Shown: positions 1 to 15,646, counted from the stretch's first letter. The stretch: DNA of 41,416 nt from Macrostomum lignano (GCA_002269645.1 NIVC01004580.1:1-41416); one strand, 5' to 3'. Numbers and translations are program-made. Notes: generated from the sequence alone by a model not told the origin.

Positions 1-360
1 ATAAAAAGCAAATATTTGCAAAGGTGAAATTGAGCGCTGATAAAAATAGATGCATGTTTCATCTAATAACTACTAAAATAAAAGTTAGAACAACTGTTAT
101 ATATAATATGGGACACTCTGTAAATCCCTTAGCGAAGGTTTAGTCATCAAGTCAGAACTTCAAGATGGGACAACTTAAGCCTGCAACTTTTGGGGAACCT
201 GAGTCATCTGCTACTCGAGTCAGACTGCAAAAAAGTAAGGGAGATGCAGTGACGACATTCAGGCAGGGTTCAAGGTATATTTCATCAATCTCTTTAACTC
301 AGTCATCAGTCATCTCACTCATCTGTCAAGCTCAAGCATATCCAGGGCAAACACAGTAAG

Positions 361-2895
<2,535 letters not shown>

Positions 2896-3298
2896 CTTGG
2901 GTGAACCAATCAGGATCAAGGAAGGGAGGTCAAAGGGGTGACGATACATCGGAATGCGGACTGATTGCTGAGCTGATAGCTGATTGCTCTGCTAGCATGA
3001 TTACAAGAGTACTCATGAGCGTCGGCATATTATGGTGAAGAGCAACCTAAATTATGTGTTGTTTGATGCTTTTTTTACGAGTATAAAACCTACTAAACGA
3101 TTGAAAAGTCTTTGTTTATCAGCTTTATTTATTTGATAGTTAGACTTAGAATCTTAGATAGATAAACTAAATCCGACATTTATTAGTACGAAGTTATGAC
3201 CGACTCACCCGGCCTTAAAGACTAAACTAAACCAATCAGTGTGAAAATATCAGATCTCTGGATAATTTCTAGGAATTTAAATGTTTTTTCGAGCTCAC

Positions 3299-3834
3299 CT
3301 CATTAATTGATTTGTAAGTCTTGATGAGGTCTACGCTGAGCTTTCGCAGAGGCCCGGTTGCTGGGTCCCTATAAGCAGCAGTTTGCACCTGCTGCTGCTG
3401 TTGTTGTTGCATAGCCTGCATCTGATGGTGCTGCTGGTGCACAGGAATTGGCAAAGGCACCGGGGCCATCTGTACACCCTGCAGGTTGCCGCCCGCAAAG
3501 TCGTAGGCCGGCTGCTGCTGCATTGGCGGCTCCGGAGCGTAGCCGTAGCCGTGGCCGTGGCCAAAGGCGAAGCCTCCGTGAACACCGGAGGCGTCGTGGT
3601 TTGCTTTGGTCATGCCGATCCCGCCGCCGGTGCCGCCGACGAGTACGTCGACTCCGACGGCTCCTCCGACTTCGACGTCGGGGCAGGGTCCGACTAGTTG
3701 ATCTGGCTGCTGCTGTGGCAGTTGGTTGCTATAGTGATAGTGATGGCTCAGCTGATCGCAGCTTACTATTTGGCCATACAAGCCGCCTGGTAAAGCGGGT
3801 TGCGCAGAGACATGGGCAGAGTTGCTGGAGGCGC
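3299..3834 (-). CDS. DYRK1A: DYRK1 N-terminal exon (Q/H/G-rich low-complexity region ending in the conserved RDPATGPLRKLSVDLIKTYKSINE)
   Basis: The exon ends in the DYRK1A-specific motif that includes the DCAF7-binding region. Donor GAG|GTGAGC at 3299/3298 is phase 0 and joins INE to MYYKKKRR. Acceptor TTCTTCCCAG|GC is at 3835/3834, and the frame is open throughout. Confidence 0.88.
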
Positions 3835-4121
3835 CTGGGAAGAAGTAAAGTCAGGTTAAACAGGTAGAAATATTCAATAAACAAAAAGTGGGAAATTGAA
3901 CACTATTGGATACTATCTGATTTTTAAAAACAAGAATCAAGATCTCAATGAAAACAATATTTTACTGTAATTTTGCGCTGTGCTAACGAATTCACAAAGA
4001 CAGTGGCATTTGAAATACCAGCCAAGGCCCAGGGCAAGGGGTGGCCGCTTCCTGGCAATTATTACAATAAAAATCCTAGGGAATAATGTAACCGAGAGAG
4101 AGAGAGAGTAACGCAACAAAC

Positions 4122-4203
4122 CTTGTTGTTTAGCTGAGCTACTATTGTTATTATTAGTTGGAGTAAATTGGGCCGGTAAATACAGTGTTGTCTGCGCTGC
4201 CAT
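4122..4203 (-). CDS. Candidate proximal first coding exon of DYRK1 (MAAQTTLYLPAQFTPTNNNNSSSAKQQ-G)
   Basis: ATG at 4203 has an in-frame stop just upstream. Donor CAAG|GTTTGT at 4122/4121 gives phase 1, which the 3834 acceptor requires. A strong acceptor TTTTTTATTTGTACAG lies at 4424. There is no homology support. Confidence 0.5.
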
Positions 4204-7156
4204 ATTCAATTAGTCCAAACGCAGTAGTAGCAAAAGCAGCAATAGTAGTAGCAGTAGTAGCCGTGGCGTCAATAGTTACAGTAAAATCGGTGACGACGCG
4301 TTTGAAGAACATTTAAGTAATGTGTTGTTCTTTTAACTTGACGGACAATTTCTTAAATAGTGTTAAACTTTTAAAAACAACTATATAGCTTCTAGTCTCA
4401 GCTCTCAGATTGGAGCAAATCTTCTGTACAAATAAAAAAGCACCCAATATAGAAAACTATAATGCTGCTCAGTAAAGGAGGTAGTATGATTTTCTATATA
4501 GACTAATGAAATATACAAGCAAATCGCGGCTTGCTAAAGACAGCGGATAGTCAGTAGTCGATCTGACTTGCAGCAGGCTTGCAGTTTGTGCTTGTGGGAA
4601 AACTGCTGCCTTTGATGGACAGTCAGCCTTTACTGTCACACTCCGCCTCCGTGATGACACAGATGATTAGGGCTGCCTTTGTAAAGGCTCTAATGGATTT
4701 TCTTTTCTAACGCCCTTAGGCAAGTTCAGCCGGTTTTAGTTTAGTAGAAGCAAGCGCCTTTTTCTTTGAAAATTTTCAACCAAAAATTGAACGCAGCAGC
4801 AGAGTCCGCCCGAGTCACAGGGACCCCCTGTACAGAACGACGGGTGAGGGGGCGGCGGCGACCGTGCAGGTAACAGAGAGCGGCAGCATTGGAGCAAGAA
4901 AAATGCGAAAAGGAGAGGGCTATCACAGTAAATGGATTCGGCGAGGCGGGGAGTGCGGCAAGACAGATGGGGTTCGACTGCACAGTTGCAGGGAGGGAGG
5001 AAGGAAGGAGGGTGGGCTTATAGTATTAGACCCCAGTAGTGAAGGCCAGACTACTCTTAACGGCCAGGGGCGTATTCAAAGTCCGACCAAGCAAAGGAGG
5101 AGGGGGTAGTGGTTCAGATTCAGACGAGGGAAAGAGCTTCTAGACGGGGGTGAGAGACAGAGCCGTCAGCTGAGGCCATGGTAGGCAATGGTTACGAAAA
5201 TCAATAGCAGTCCCGCGCATTGAGTGGACAAGGCCAGCCGCGGGCAAACCCTTGAATTTCTCACCCCCTTTCCAGAGTTAAGCAATGCTGTCCAATGAAT
5301 GAACATAGAACAGTGTACAGTGGCAGGCGAGGCTTTTTCCCAGACAGACAGGACTGGTAGACTGTAGAGGACGGAATGGAATTGAGGTTAGAAAAACAAT
5401 GTACAATAAACCTCCATGTACGCTTAAATGCGCATAACACAAGCCTCGACGCCGACGTCAACACCCCCGGCCCCGCGAACACCAGCCCCATAATAAAAAG
5501 CTTGTTGTACACACAGATACTAGAATAACCAGATGGGCCACTTAGCACATTTGCGTGTAAGCTACTTTCAGTTCAGTAGCAAGTTAAACTGAAGCATTTT
5601 AATGTATTTTTAAAGCCAAGGCTCATTTATTGCTCTTACCCCCCACTTAAACCTCCAACCGCGCCTTTCCACACTACCCCCCCCGCCCCGCCCCACCCTA
5701 ATTTTTATTGCCTTTCTCGGGATTCCAGCCTAAAGCTGCCATGTACATTTAAGTGGACTGGCTAATGTTCATTATTGCTGAACCAATTAGCAAGTTGTTT
5801 ACGCCTGCAAGCTTTGGCTTCGAAACTTATCAAAGTCATTTTAACAGCCTTTATTTTTATAAAATAGCTTATATATACTTCCTTGCTACTGAACTGAAAG
5901 TAGAAAGCTGTTTTACTAAGTATATATGCCTGAGTGGCCCATCTAGTTATTTTAGTATCTGTGGTTGTACAGGGGCAATAAAAGCTTAACCAAAATACCG
6001 TCAGTAGTATATATCGAAATAGCAGTAAATAAGGCGTTTTTATTTGCTATTTTACCCAAAAAGTCTTAAGCATTACTAAGGAGTGTCAAGAGCAGTTAAC
6101 AGTGTAAATGTGAAGAACAGACAATTTGTGCAAGTAAACTGGAGCAGAGAGTTGAGCAGACGGACAGGGAACAGGCGGAGTGAGTTCATGGCCTGGCCAA
6201 ATAGAAAACAACTACTAGCAATCCCAGCTCAAATCCCCAGGGCATTGACTACACTACAGCATAGGGCAGTCGCTTCCGAGACTTACACGTGAATGCGAAC
6301 TACGAGCTAATATAAATGGCTGCGCTGCTACCGCCTAACTCAACCCCCGAAGACAATCCAGAGTATAGAGAGCGCAAATTATATGAAGTCTATCTTAGCC
6401 TTAACAAAATAATTGTACTTCTCACCGAGCGAGGGAATCCTAATCGTAAACACTTGTAACAAGCGTCACATGCGGCTTAAGCAAAAAACAACTCTCCAGG
6501 GTGGATAATCAATATGCTGGTATTTTTATTAAATCCAATGTAAGCAATCGCAATATCAATATGCGATCGATAATAATAACATTTGTAATAATATATTAAT
6601 GAGGCAAAAACCAACTCAACTCGATCTAATCAGTAGTTACTCTGTTTCTAACAAGATCCCCAAAGAAAAGCTGGAATTCAGGAATTTTACAGCTCCACAT
6701 TGAAATGGGTTAAAAAACTTTAAATTATTTTATAGGCAGACAATTTTGAGTGACATTTCCCGGCATAAAAACTGGCTCAAGTCCCAGACTTCTTTTTGGT
6801 GTTTGAGCAGCGTATACTGTAGTACCATATTTCCGTAATAATATATCTATTCTGCTAACTATAAACTTCCGAAACAGTATAAATATTGTACAGGGAATAA
6901 TTAATTACTGAAAAAGACTTATTTTATCGACAAGATTTTTGTCTGACTCCTATTACCAAATGTGAGAACTCATACCGCACTGATTGACATTTCGGTCTAG
7001 ACTGCTTTATGCACCGATATTGGTTCGATTGGAGATAACTCTGATCAATAGATTTCGAATTCGAACATCAGAGAGACATTCAAGACATTTATGCATTAAA
7101 TCTTAATCACGATATTTTATTGAGATCTAATCGCAACAAACTGCTGAGATCCTCCA

Positions 7157-8600
7157 GTCTCCCTCCCACCTCACTCCTGTCTCCCACTGATCTCCCATCT
7201 CACTCCTGTCTCCCCCTGATCTCCCATCTCACTCCTGTCTCACCCTGATCTCCCATCTCCCGCCTGTCTCCCACTGATCTCTCATCTCATTCCCTGTCTC
7301 CCACTGATCTGCCATCTCACTCCTGTCTCCCACTGATCTCCCATCTCACTCTCTGCATGTCTCCCACTGATCTGCCATCTCACTCCTGTCTCCCACTGAT
7401 CTCCCATCTCATTCCCTGTCTCCCACTGATCTCCCATCTCACTCTCTGCATGTCTCCCACTGATCTGCCATCTCACTCCTGTCTCCCACTGATCTCCCAT
7501 CTCACTCCTGTCTCCCCCTGATCTCCCATCTCCCGCCTGTCTCCCACTGATCTCTCATCTCATTCCCTGTCTCCCACTGATCTGCCATCTCACTCCTGTC
7601 TCCCACTGATCTCCCATCTCACTCTCTGCATGTCTCCCACTGATCTGCCATCTCACTCCTGTCTCCCACTGATCTCCCATCTCCCGCCTGTCTCCCACTG
7701 ATCTCTCATCACATTCCCTGTCTCCCACTGATCTGCCATCTCACTCCTGTCTCCCACTGATCTCCCATCTCACTCTCTGCATGTCTCCCACTGATCTCCC
7801 ATCTCACTCCTGTCTCCCACTGATCTCCCATCTCATTCCCTGTCTCCCATCTCACTCCTGTCTCCCCCTGATCTCCCATCTCCCGCCTGTCTCCCACTGA
7901 TCTCTCATCTCATTCCCTGTCTCCCACTGATCTGCCATCTCACTCCTGTCTCCCACTGATCTCCCATCTCACTCTCTGCATGTCTCCCACTGATCTGCCA
8001 TCTCACTCCTGTCTCCCACTGATCTCCCATCTCATTCCCTGTCTCCCACTGATCTCCCATCTCACTCTCTGCATGTCTCCCACTGATCTGCCATCTCACT
8101 CATGTCTCCCACTGATCTCCCATCTCACTCCTGTCTCCCCCTGATCTCCCATCTCCCGCCTGTCTCCCACTGATCTCTCATCTCATTCCCTGTCTCCCAC
8201 TGATCTGCCATCTCACTCCTGTCTCCCACTGATCTCCCATCTCACTCTCTGCATGTCTCCCACTGATCTGCCATCTCACTCCTGTCTCCCACTGATCTCC
8301 CATCTCCCGCCTGTCTCCCACTGATCTCTCATCACATTCCCTGTCTCCCACTGATCTGCCATCTCACTCCTGTCTCCCACTGATCTCCCATCTCACTCTC
8401 TGCATGTCTCCCACTGATCTCCCATCTCACTCCTGTCTCCCACTGATCTCTCATCTCATTCCCTGTCTCCTACTGATCTCCCATCTCACTCCTGTCTCCC
8501 ACTGCTCTCCCATCTCACTCCTGTCTCCCACTGATCTCTCATCTAACTCTTGTCTCCCACTGATCTCCGTTCCATCTCACCCCTGTCCACCTCTGCTCTC
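7157..8600. repeat. ~29-bp pyrimidine-rich minisatellite (CTCACTCCTGTCTCCCACTGATCTCCCAT) with higher-order structure
   Basis: About 50 units. Diagnostic variants recur at an exact 623-bp spacing. Confidence 0.95.
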
Positions 8601-9080
8601 ACCCCATCTGATCTCACCCGTCTTACTCTGTCTCACTATAATATTTTCATTCTTGTCACAATGGAGCCATCTGTCTCGCTTTTGTCTGTACTATGAATAC
8701 AATTTGTGTTGATCGACTATCAAGCTGAACATTTTTAGACTAGAGCAAGCCGCTATAAAGATAAGGTAACAATTATAGAGGATAATTACAAAACAGCGGC
8801 CCAACAATCGCTTCTCATAGCTCTTTAACAAGTAGCAGCAGATTTCGCGATAAACTTCAAAAGAAAGCTTCGTGACTAAGCTTCAGAAACTGCACATTGT
8901 ATAAAGAAGAATAGGATAGGAAATCCTATAGATTACCAATTTGCGATGACGCGAGCCGCGCAATACAAAGAAACCTATGCATGCAGCTGCCTTTACTGCT
9001 GAAGCACACGCACAGTGGACGCAGTGACGCCCAACAATGCTCAGCCGATACTCAGGCTAGAGGAACTGACAGCAATTATT

Positions 9081-9947
9081 AGAACCGCCTCCTAATCCAC
9101 GGTTGGAATATCTATAGGCAATTTTTAGGACCGCCTCCTAATCCACGGTTGGAATATCTATAGGCAATTTTTAGGACCGCCTCCTAATCCACGGTTGGAA
9201 TATCTATAGGCAATTTTTAGGACCGCCTCCTAATCCACGGTTGGAATATCTATAGGCAATTTTTAGGACCGCCTCCTAATCCACGGTTGGAATATCTATA
9301 GGCAATTACTAGGACCGCCTCCTAATCCACAGTTGGAATATTTATAGGTAATTTTTGGACCGCCTCCTAATCCACGGTTGGAATATCTATAGGAAATTAC
9401 TAGGACCGCCTCCTAATCCACAGTAGGAATATCTATAGGAAATTTTTAGGACCGCCTCCTAATCCACAGTTGGAATATCTATAGGTAATTACTACGACCG
9501 CCTCCTAATCCACGGTTGGAATATCTATAGGCAATTTTTTGGACCGCCTCCTAATCCACGGTTGGAATATCTATAGGCAATTACTACGACCGCCTCCTAA
9601 TCCACAGTTGGAATATCTATAGGCAATTACTACGACCGCCTCCTAATCCAGGGTCGGAATGTCTATAGGCAATTACTACGACCGCCTCCTAATCCAGGGT
9701 CGGAATGTCTATAGGCAATTACTACGACCGCCTCCTAATCCAGGGTCGGAATGTCTATAGGCAATTACTACGACCGCCTCCTAATTCAGGGTCGGAATGT
9801 CTATAGGCAATTACTACGACCGCCTCCTAATCCAAGGTTGGAATATCTATAGGCAATTACTACGACCGCCTCCTAATCCAGGGTTGGAATCCAGGGTAGG
9901 CAATTACTAAGATCGCCTCCTAATCCAGGGTCGGAATGTCTATAGGC
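9081..9947. repeat. 46-bp minisatellite (GACCGCCTCCTAATCCACGGTTGGAATATCTATAGGCAATTTTTAG), about 19 copies
   Basis: The period is measured directly (CCGCC at 9131 and 9177). Confidence 0.95.
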
Positions 9948-10576
9948 TCAAGCTCACATAAGATCTCGAAAGTTTACGCGCAGCTTTCGGCGACCAGGCC
10001 TTTTTTGTGTGCAACAAATTTTCGGTGTCAGAAGGAGTAACGAAGTAGCCCTGATGACGAGTCTTAGGCGGGACGCCCAGTTTCTGCTATCAAGGATACG
10101 AAAATCGTTGCTATTCGGAGAATTATCGATATGAAGACCAACAGATGGCTTGCACTGAGATCAGGTAGACTCTAGTGGTAGTGATGCAAGGCAATCGAGC
10201 AGCATCCTGATAGGTGCCCCACAACATCATACTCGTAGAGAATCAAAAAGCGGAGAGGACGCGAAAAATAAAAAAAACGATCAAGCAAACCAGCGCGTTC
10301 CAGACGACACCGCATTAACAAAAATCAAGCCGTAAGCATCCTGCATTCCCTTTGACCTGGCTATTACTTTTGAACTCAGTTGAGGTTGAGTAAGCGGTAG
10401 CTAGAAAAAGTGCCAGTAGAACCGTGTCCTTGAACACAGTAGTTTCAACGGATGAGAAAGACCAAACGAGTTTGTGGTGAGTAAATGTAAAAAAATGACC
10501 GAAATTTATATTTTTACGCTTTAAATTGTTTAACTTTATCTGTAATTCAGTAAGAAGACTTCATTCTGTCGCTCAC

Positions 10577-10823
10577 CTAAACACGTTGCCGCTGAACCAG
10601 CTGCGGGCATCTCCTGGCTGTCACCCGACTGATCAGCTCCAGCAGCCGCCGAAGGCAGCAGCCACAGAGTTGTTGATCCAGTAGGGATCGGCGGCACCAT
10701 CTGCTTATTGGCAGTCCAAGCTGAAGAACCCAGTTCAACAGCCGCCGGAGCAGCCGAGGTCATCTCGGCGTCAATTATAACGGCGGCAGACGCGTTCTCG
10801 CCGGCTGACAGTTCCTCGGTCAT
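10577..10823 (-). CDS. Candidate coding exon (MTEELSAGENASAAVIIDAEM...), possibly a distal first coding exon of DYRK1
   Basis: A GC-rich, Ala/Ser-rich ORF in AT-rich surroundings. It ends at a strong donor TTAG|GTGAGC (10577/10576) in phase 1, which is compatible with the 3834 acceptor. There is no recognisable domain. Confidence 0.4.
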
Positions 10824-11699
10824 AACGTTTTTTGGCCTTCTAATCGGCTCGAGGAATTTCTATGAGCGAGTTCAAAACTTACGGTAAACTTGACGCGTTT
10901 GTAAAATATGGCTAGTTTTAGGCGGGGGAATTATGAATCTAATGATAAACTATTGAATTCCATTGACTGTTTCAGTTTTAGTTTTAGACAGACGCTGTCG
11001 ACTGTTGCGGTGCATCTACACAGCACAGAGAGTAGTCAAAAACTACACTAAACTACTAAGCGAATCGTCGCGGCGAATAAAAGCATTTCGGTCTGCAACG
11101 GCAAGTCAAGCAGAGAAAAGTTAGGCGTAGAAAATTATTGGAGAGGGGGAGAAGGGGAGGTAGGGGAGGCTAGGCCTTCCCCGAACGCGCTAAAGGGGGT
11201 GAATAAACGCAGAGGAGTAACACTGTAACACGGAGGGCAGCAATTGGGGATTGGGCGTTGCGAACCGTCTATAACAAACAAGTCCGAAATTGAGGCTCGG
11301 GGATCAGACTGGCGGAGGATGCCGATTGTGAAGCCCCATTGGCGCTTGGAATTTGCTGCTTTTGCTGCGTAGACACTTGCTGCTGCCGCGCCGACTGGAA
11401 ATTCATTTTATAACTGTCGCCAGACTCTCTGTCGTTCTTCGCATTCTTCGTATGATGAGTTGGGCGAGATTGCGCTCAATACCTAGCAGAGGCAGAGACT
11501 GGAAATAAGCATTGATATAAACAAATTTAGTTTAAGGTTTACTAGTTTAAGCTGCTACTGTAACAAAAGCAGGCACATCAAATCCTATATGCACTACTCA
11601 ATGTTGGAAAATTTAGGCGCTTAATATCAGCTAATACACAGAGCCAGAAATAGATAAATTATGATCGTTAGTTCGGTTTTCTGAAATAAATCTTTCTGA

Positions 11700-12185
11700 A
11701 AAAGAAGTCGGCTTGAAGAATCGCCTGAAAATCACAAAGGCGGTCACATGGGCGACACTGTTCTATGGGTGCGAGATCTCCTTCTCCTCTGGGGAGGAAA
11801 CTATGGAGACACTTGAAGCATTTGAAATAAAATGTTACATAAGAATGTTAAAGATTTCATGGAAAGAGAAAAGACAAATGTCTGCGTTTGGAAAAACATG
11901 AAAGAGGTATTGGGAAAGGAACCAGAATCTGCGGAGGAGATCATCAAGCGGAGAAAGCTCAAATATAACGGACATCAAACGAGGAAGGGAGCCATGGCAA
12001 ATGTCTGTATTCAAAGAGAAAGAAGAGGAAGACCGAAAAGCCAGTGGGAAGATGACTTGAACGAATAGACCCGATGGACAATGGAGAGGTTAAAAAGGGC
12101 AGCGAAGGATAGGCAGTGGTGGCGGAAGCTGGTGCATGAATGGGTGCACCCGCGGCCATGACGGCTATGGCAAAAGAAGAAGACA
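11700..12185 (+). mobile_element. 5'-truncated, frameshifted RTE-clade LINE 3' end (C-terminal part of the ORF plus a short GAA tail)
   Basis: Two overlapping frames read TWATLFYGCE..LEAFEIKCYIRMLKISW and IIKRRKLKYNGH..RRGRPKSQWEDD, followed by KRAAKDRQWWRKLV. These are typical post-RT motifs of RTE/BovB-like ORFs. The fragment ends in AAGAAGAAGAC. Confidence 0.8.
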
Positions 12186-12258
12186 TAAATCTACACATTT
12201 CATGCTCTTCTTTTCTTATGTCATACGCCGGCATTGTAATATGGTATGCTACTGAGAT

Positions 12259-12302
<44 letters not shown>

Positions 12303-12303
12303 G
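12259..12303. repeat. (TTG)n microsatellite, about 15 units
   Basis: Directly visible. Confidence 0.95.
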
Positions 12304-12340
12304 CTTTGGGTTGTAGCCTAGTGCTTAGAGCGTCGGACTC

Positions 12341-12912
12341 ACTCCAATTCTCTACCCCATGATTCTACTCCAATTCTCTACCCCATGATTCTACTCCAAT
12401 TCTCTACCCCATGATTCTACTCCAATTCTCTACCCCATGATTCTACTCCAATTCTCTACCCCATGATTCTACTCCAATTCTCTACCCCATGATTCTACTC
12501 CAATTCTCTACCCCATGATTCTACTCCAATTCTCTACCCCATGATTCTACTCCAATTCTCTACCCATGATTCTACTCCAATTCTCTACCCCATGAATCAA
12601 CTCCAATTCTCTACCCCATGAATCAACTCCAATTCTCTACCCCATGATTCTACTCCAATTCTCTACCCATGATTCTACTCCAATTCTCTACCCCATGAAT
12701 CAACTCCAATTCTCTACCCCATGAATCAACTCCAATTCTCTACCCCATGAATCAACTCCAATTCTCTACACCATGAATCAACTCCAACTTCCCCTACCCC
12801 ATGATTCTACTCCAACTTCCCCTACCCCATGATTCTACTCCAACTTCCCCTACCCCATGATTCTACTCCAACTTCCCCTACCCCATGATTCTACTCCAAC
12901 TTCCCCTACCCT
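12341..12912. repeat. 26-bp minisatellite (ACTCCAATTCTCTACCCCATGATTCT), about 21 copies
   Basis: GATT recurs at 12361 and 12387. Variant blocks occur at the right end. Confidence 0.95.
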
Positions 12913-14275
12913 TAGCATGAAATTTTGCATACAGTTCATTCAAGCGCCGTTATAGCTATTCAGTAACAAAAAGCAATTCATAGCTACATCATCAGTCAGC
13001 TGGAAACTGTGCACGCAGCCTCTCCCCTATCCCACAAACAGCTGAATATTGATTGTTCTTTTTTGCATTCGGCGCCAATACTATATACGAACCCAAGCAG
13101 CATAATTGCAACTCGGTATATAGTGATAGTCCAGCCCAGTCCCGTCTAGATAGCTACCATTTTTTCGCCCTCGGGAATGAGGGAGGATGCTCGAAATCCT
13201 TTACTATAGCTGGTGCAGCAGGCCTTAATACTGCAGTTTAGACAGAGAGGAGAGAGGGAGAGAGAGACGGCAATGTCGGGCACACACCAGACCATATAAC
13301 ATAGGCGGGAGTTTTATAGCGGCAACCGCCCCAAAGCATATGCAGTGAGTGTAATTTGCGCGCATCGTTGAAATTATACGGTTCGTCTTTGCACATGGCA
13401 TGGCCTCTATATAGGCCAGCACAGGCAGAACCCGCCCAGATCTACATATGCATGCATGCATGTGCACGCCAACGGAGGCCAGGGGGCAGGGCTATCTATA
13501 AATAAGACTAGATAGAGAATTTCTAATTGCCAACTGGGCTGGACTACTGCAGGCCAAATCTTGGCAATAATAGTATAAAACATGAAAAACAGACGCAGTA
13601 GTGCAGCCACCGAATTTTTCAATATAATTCTCTGCCTAGCGAACTTTATACTCGTACGCTCTAAACACATCCTCCCACTGACTGTCTGTATTCGCTTTGC
13701 CTCCCTGCATTCTCGGATCTGAACTCTTCATAATCTACTCTTCACTGCCTTTACTCACTTCCCTGTGAGCAGTTCTTTTATGCAGTTCAATCCTGCCTAA
13801 AGAAATAAAAATACTGACCTCAACTCATAAAGTCGTTTATATGCTCTACGACATCTACCGGTATACTCAGCAACATTGAGAACTGCCATCCCCAGACCCA
13901 GTGCGCCTGAGCGAGAGTTGGAAAATCTTGCGTAATTGCAGTGTAGTGAGCTGAAGTCAACTGCTGCTCTGCCAGTGGTCTAGGGTGGCGGTTTCAATGC
14001 TGCTGAGTACATATACGAGCTATTGTGCTTGAATGTTTATGCCTTTACCATTGTATTTGGGTGTCGATGCATCTACTACAACGTATCTATTGTCGGATTC
14101 GTGTATAAATATACACTGTATCTATCGGAGAACGATATGTATACTAGTGTATTTCTGTATGTAGCTTCGATGCATTTTCGATTATGCTATATAGTTGTTT
14201 ATTAATTTCTGCATTTGAATTATTAGCATATGTATTATGTGTGTACGAATATACGAGTATGTATGAACTACCCTT

Positions 14276-15306
14276 CGCTACTTTAGTGTGTCCTCAATTG
14301 TCCTTTGCTACTTCAGGGTGTCCTCAACTGTCCTCTGCTACTTCAGTGTGTCCTCAACTGTCCTTTGCTACTTCAGTGTGTCCTCAACTGTCCTTTGCTA
14401 CTTCAGGGTGTCCTCAACTGTCCTTTGCTACTTCAGGGTGTCCTCAACTGTCCTTTGCTACTTCAGCGTGTCCTCAACTGTCCTTTGCTACTTCAGCGTG
14501 TCCTCAACTGTCCTTTGCTACTTCAGCGTGTCCTCAACTGTCCTCTGCTACTTCAGTGTGTCCTCAACTGTCCTCTGCTACTTCAGGGTGTCCTCAACTG
14601 TCCTCTGCTACTTCAGGGTGTCCTCAACTGTCCTTTGCTACTTCAGCGTGTCCTCAACTGTCCTTTGCTACTTCAGCGTGTCCTCAACTGTCCTCTGCTA
14701 CTTCAGGGTGTCCTCAACTGTCCTCTGCTACTTCAGCGTGTCCTCAACTGTCCTTTGCTACTTCAGGGTGTCCTCAACTGTCCTTTGCTACGTCAGGGTG
14801 TCCTCAACTGTCCTCTGCTACTTCAGCGTGTCCTCAACTGTCCTCTGCTACTTCAGGGTGTCCTCAACTGTCCTCTGCTACGTCAGGGTGTCCTCAACTG
14901 TCCTTTGCTACGTCAGGGTGTCCTCAACTGTCCTCTGCTACTTCAGGGTGTCCTCAACTGTCCTTTACTACTTCAGGGTGTCCTCAACTGTCCTCTGCTA
15001 CGTCAGGGTGTCCTCAACTGTCCTCTGCTACTTCAGCGTGTCCTCAACTGTCCTTTACTACTTCAGGGTGTCCTCAACTGTCCTTTACTACTTCAGGGTG
15101 TCCTCAACTGTCCTTTGCTACGTCAGGGTGTCCTCAACTGTCCTCTGCTACATCAGGGTGTCCTCAACTGTCCTTTGCTACTTCAGCGTGTCCTCAACTG
15201 TCCTCTGCTACTTCAGGGTGTCCTCAACTGTCCTTTGCTACTTCAGGGTGTCCTCAACTGTCCTTCGCTACTTCAGGGTGTCCTTAACTGTCCTCTGCTA
15301 CTTCAG
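14276..15306. repeat. 30-bp minisatellite (CTACTTCAGGGTGTCCTCAACTGTCCTTTG), about 34 copies
   Basis: An exact 30-bp register (columns align in the 60-bp lines). It accounts for three overlapping repetitive ORFs. Confidence 0.97.
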
Positions 15307-15646
15307 TAGACCGCCGCAGTCCCACTTTGTCCTGATGATTCAGCATTCAGTGCAAAGGCAGACGGTATGCTGTTTAATTAAAGCATCAACGGCGCGGCTC
15401 AGAAAGACAGAGATCAGAGAGACAGATTTGTGGTGAAAATGGCTAGATAAATAAAAGATAACAAGACTCACATATGGTGCATCGTCACTTTCTAATAGTA
15501 GAATCTATAGAAACCAGAGAAAGTCTATTTCGGAATAGATTTGGCTCTGAGTGAAGCATAAATTAAATTCCTATATACAACAAGATATATAGCGCAGCAG
15601 CTAACGTATAATAGTACAATAACGGAAAAGTACGCAATATGTAGTG

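Noticed and set aside
10050-10115. CTGATGA...CGAAA resembling a hammerhead ribozyme core
   Set aside because: I could not form stem II directly between CTGATGA and GAAA, nor stems I and III with a cleavage triplet. An Infernal search against hammerhead models would settle it.
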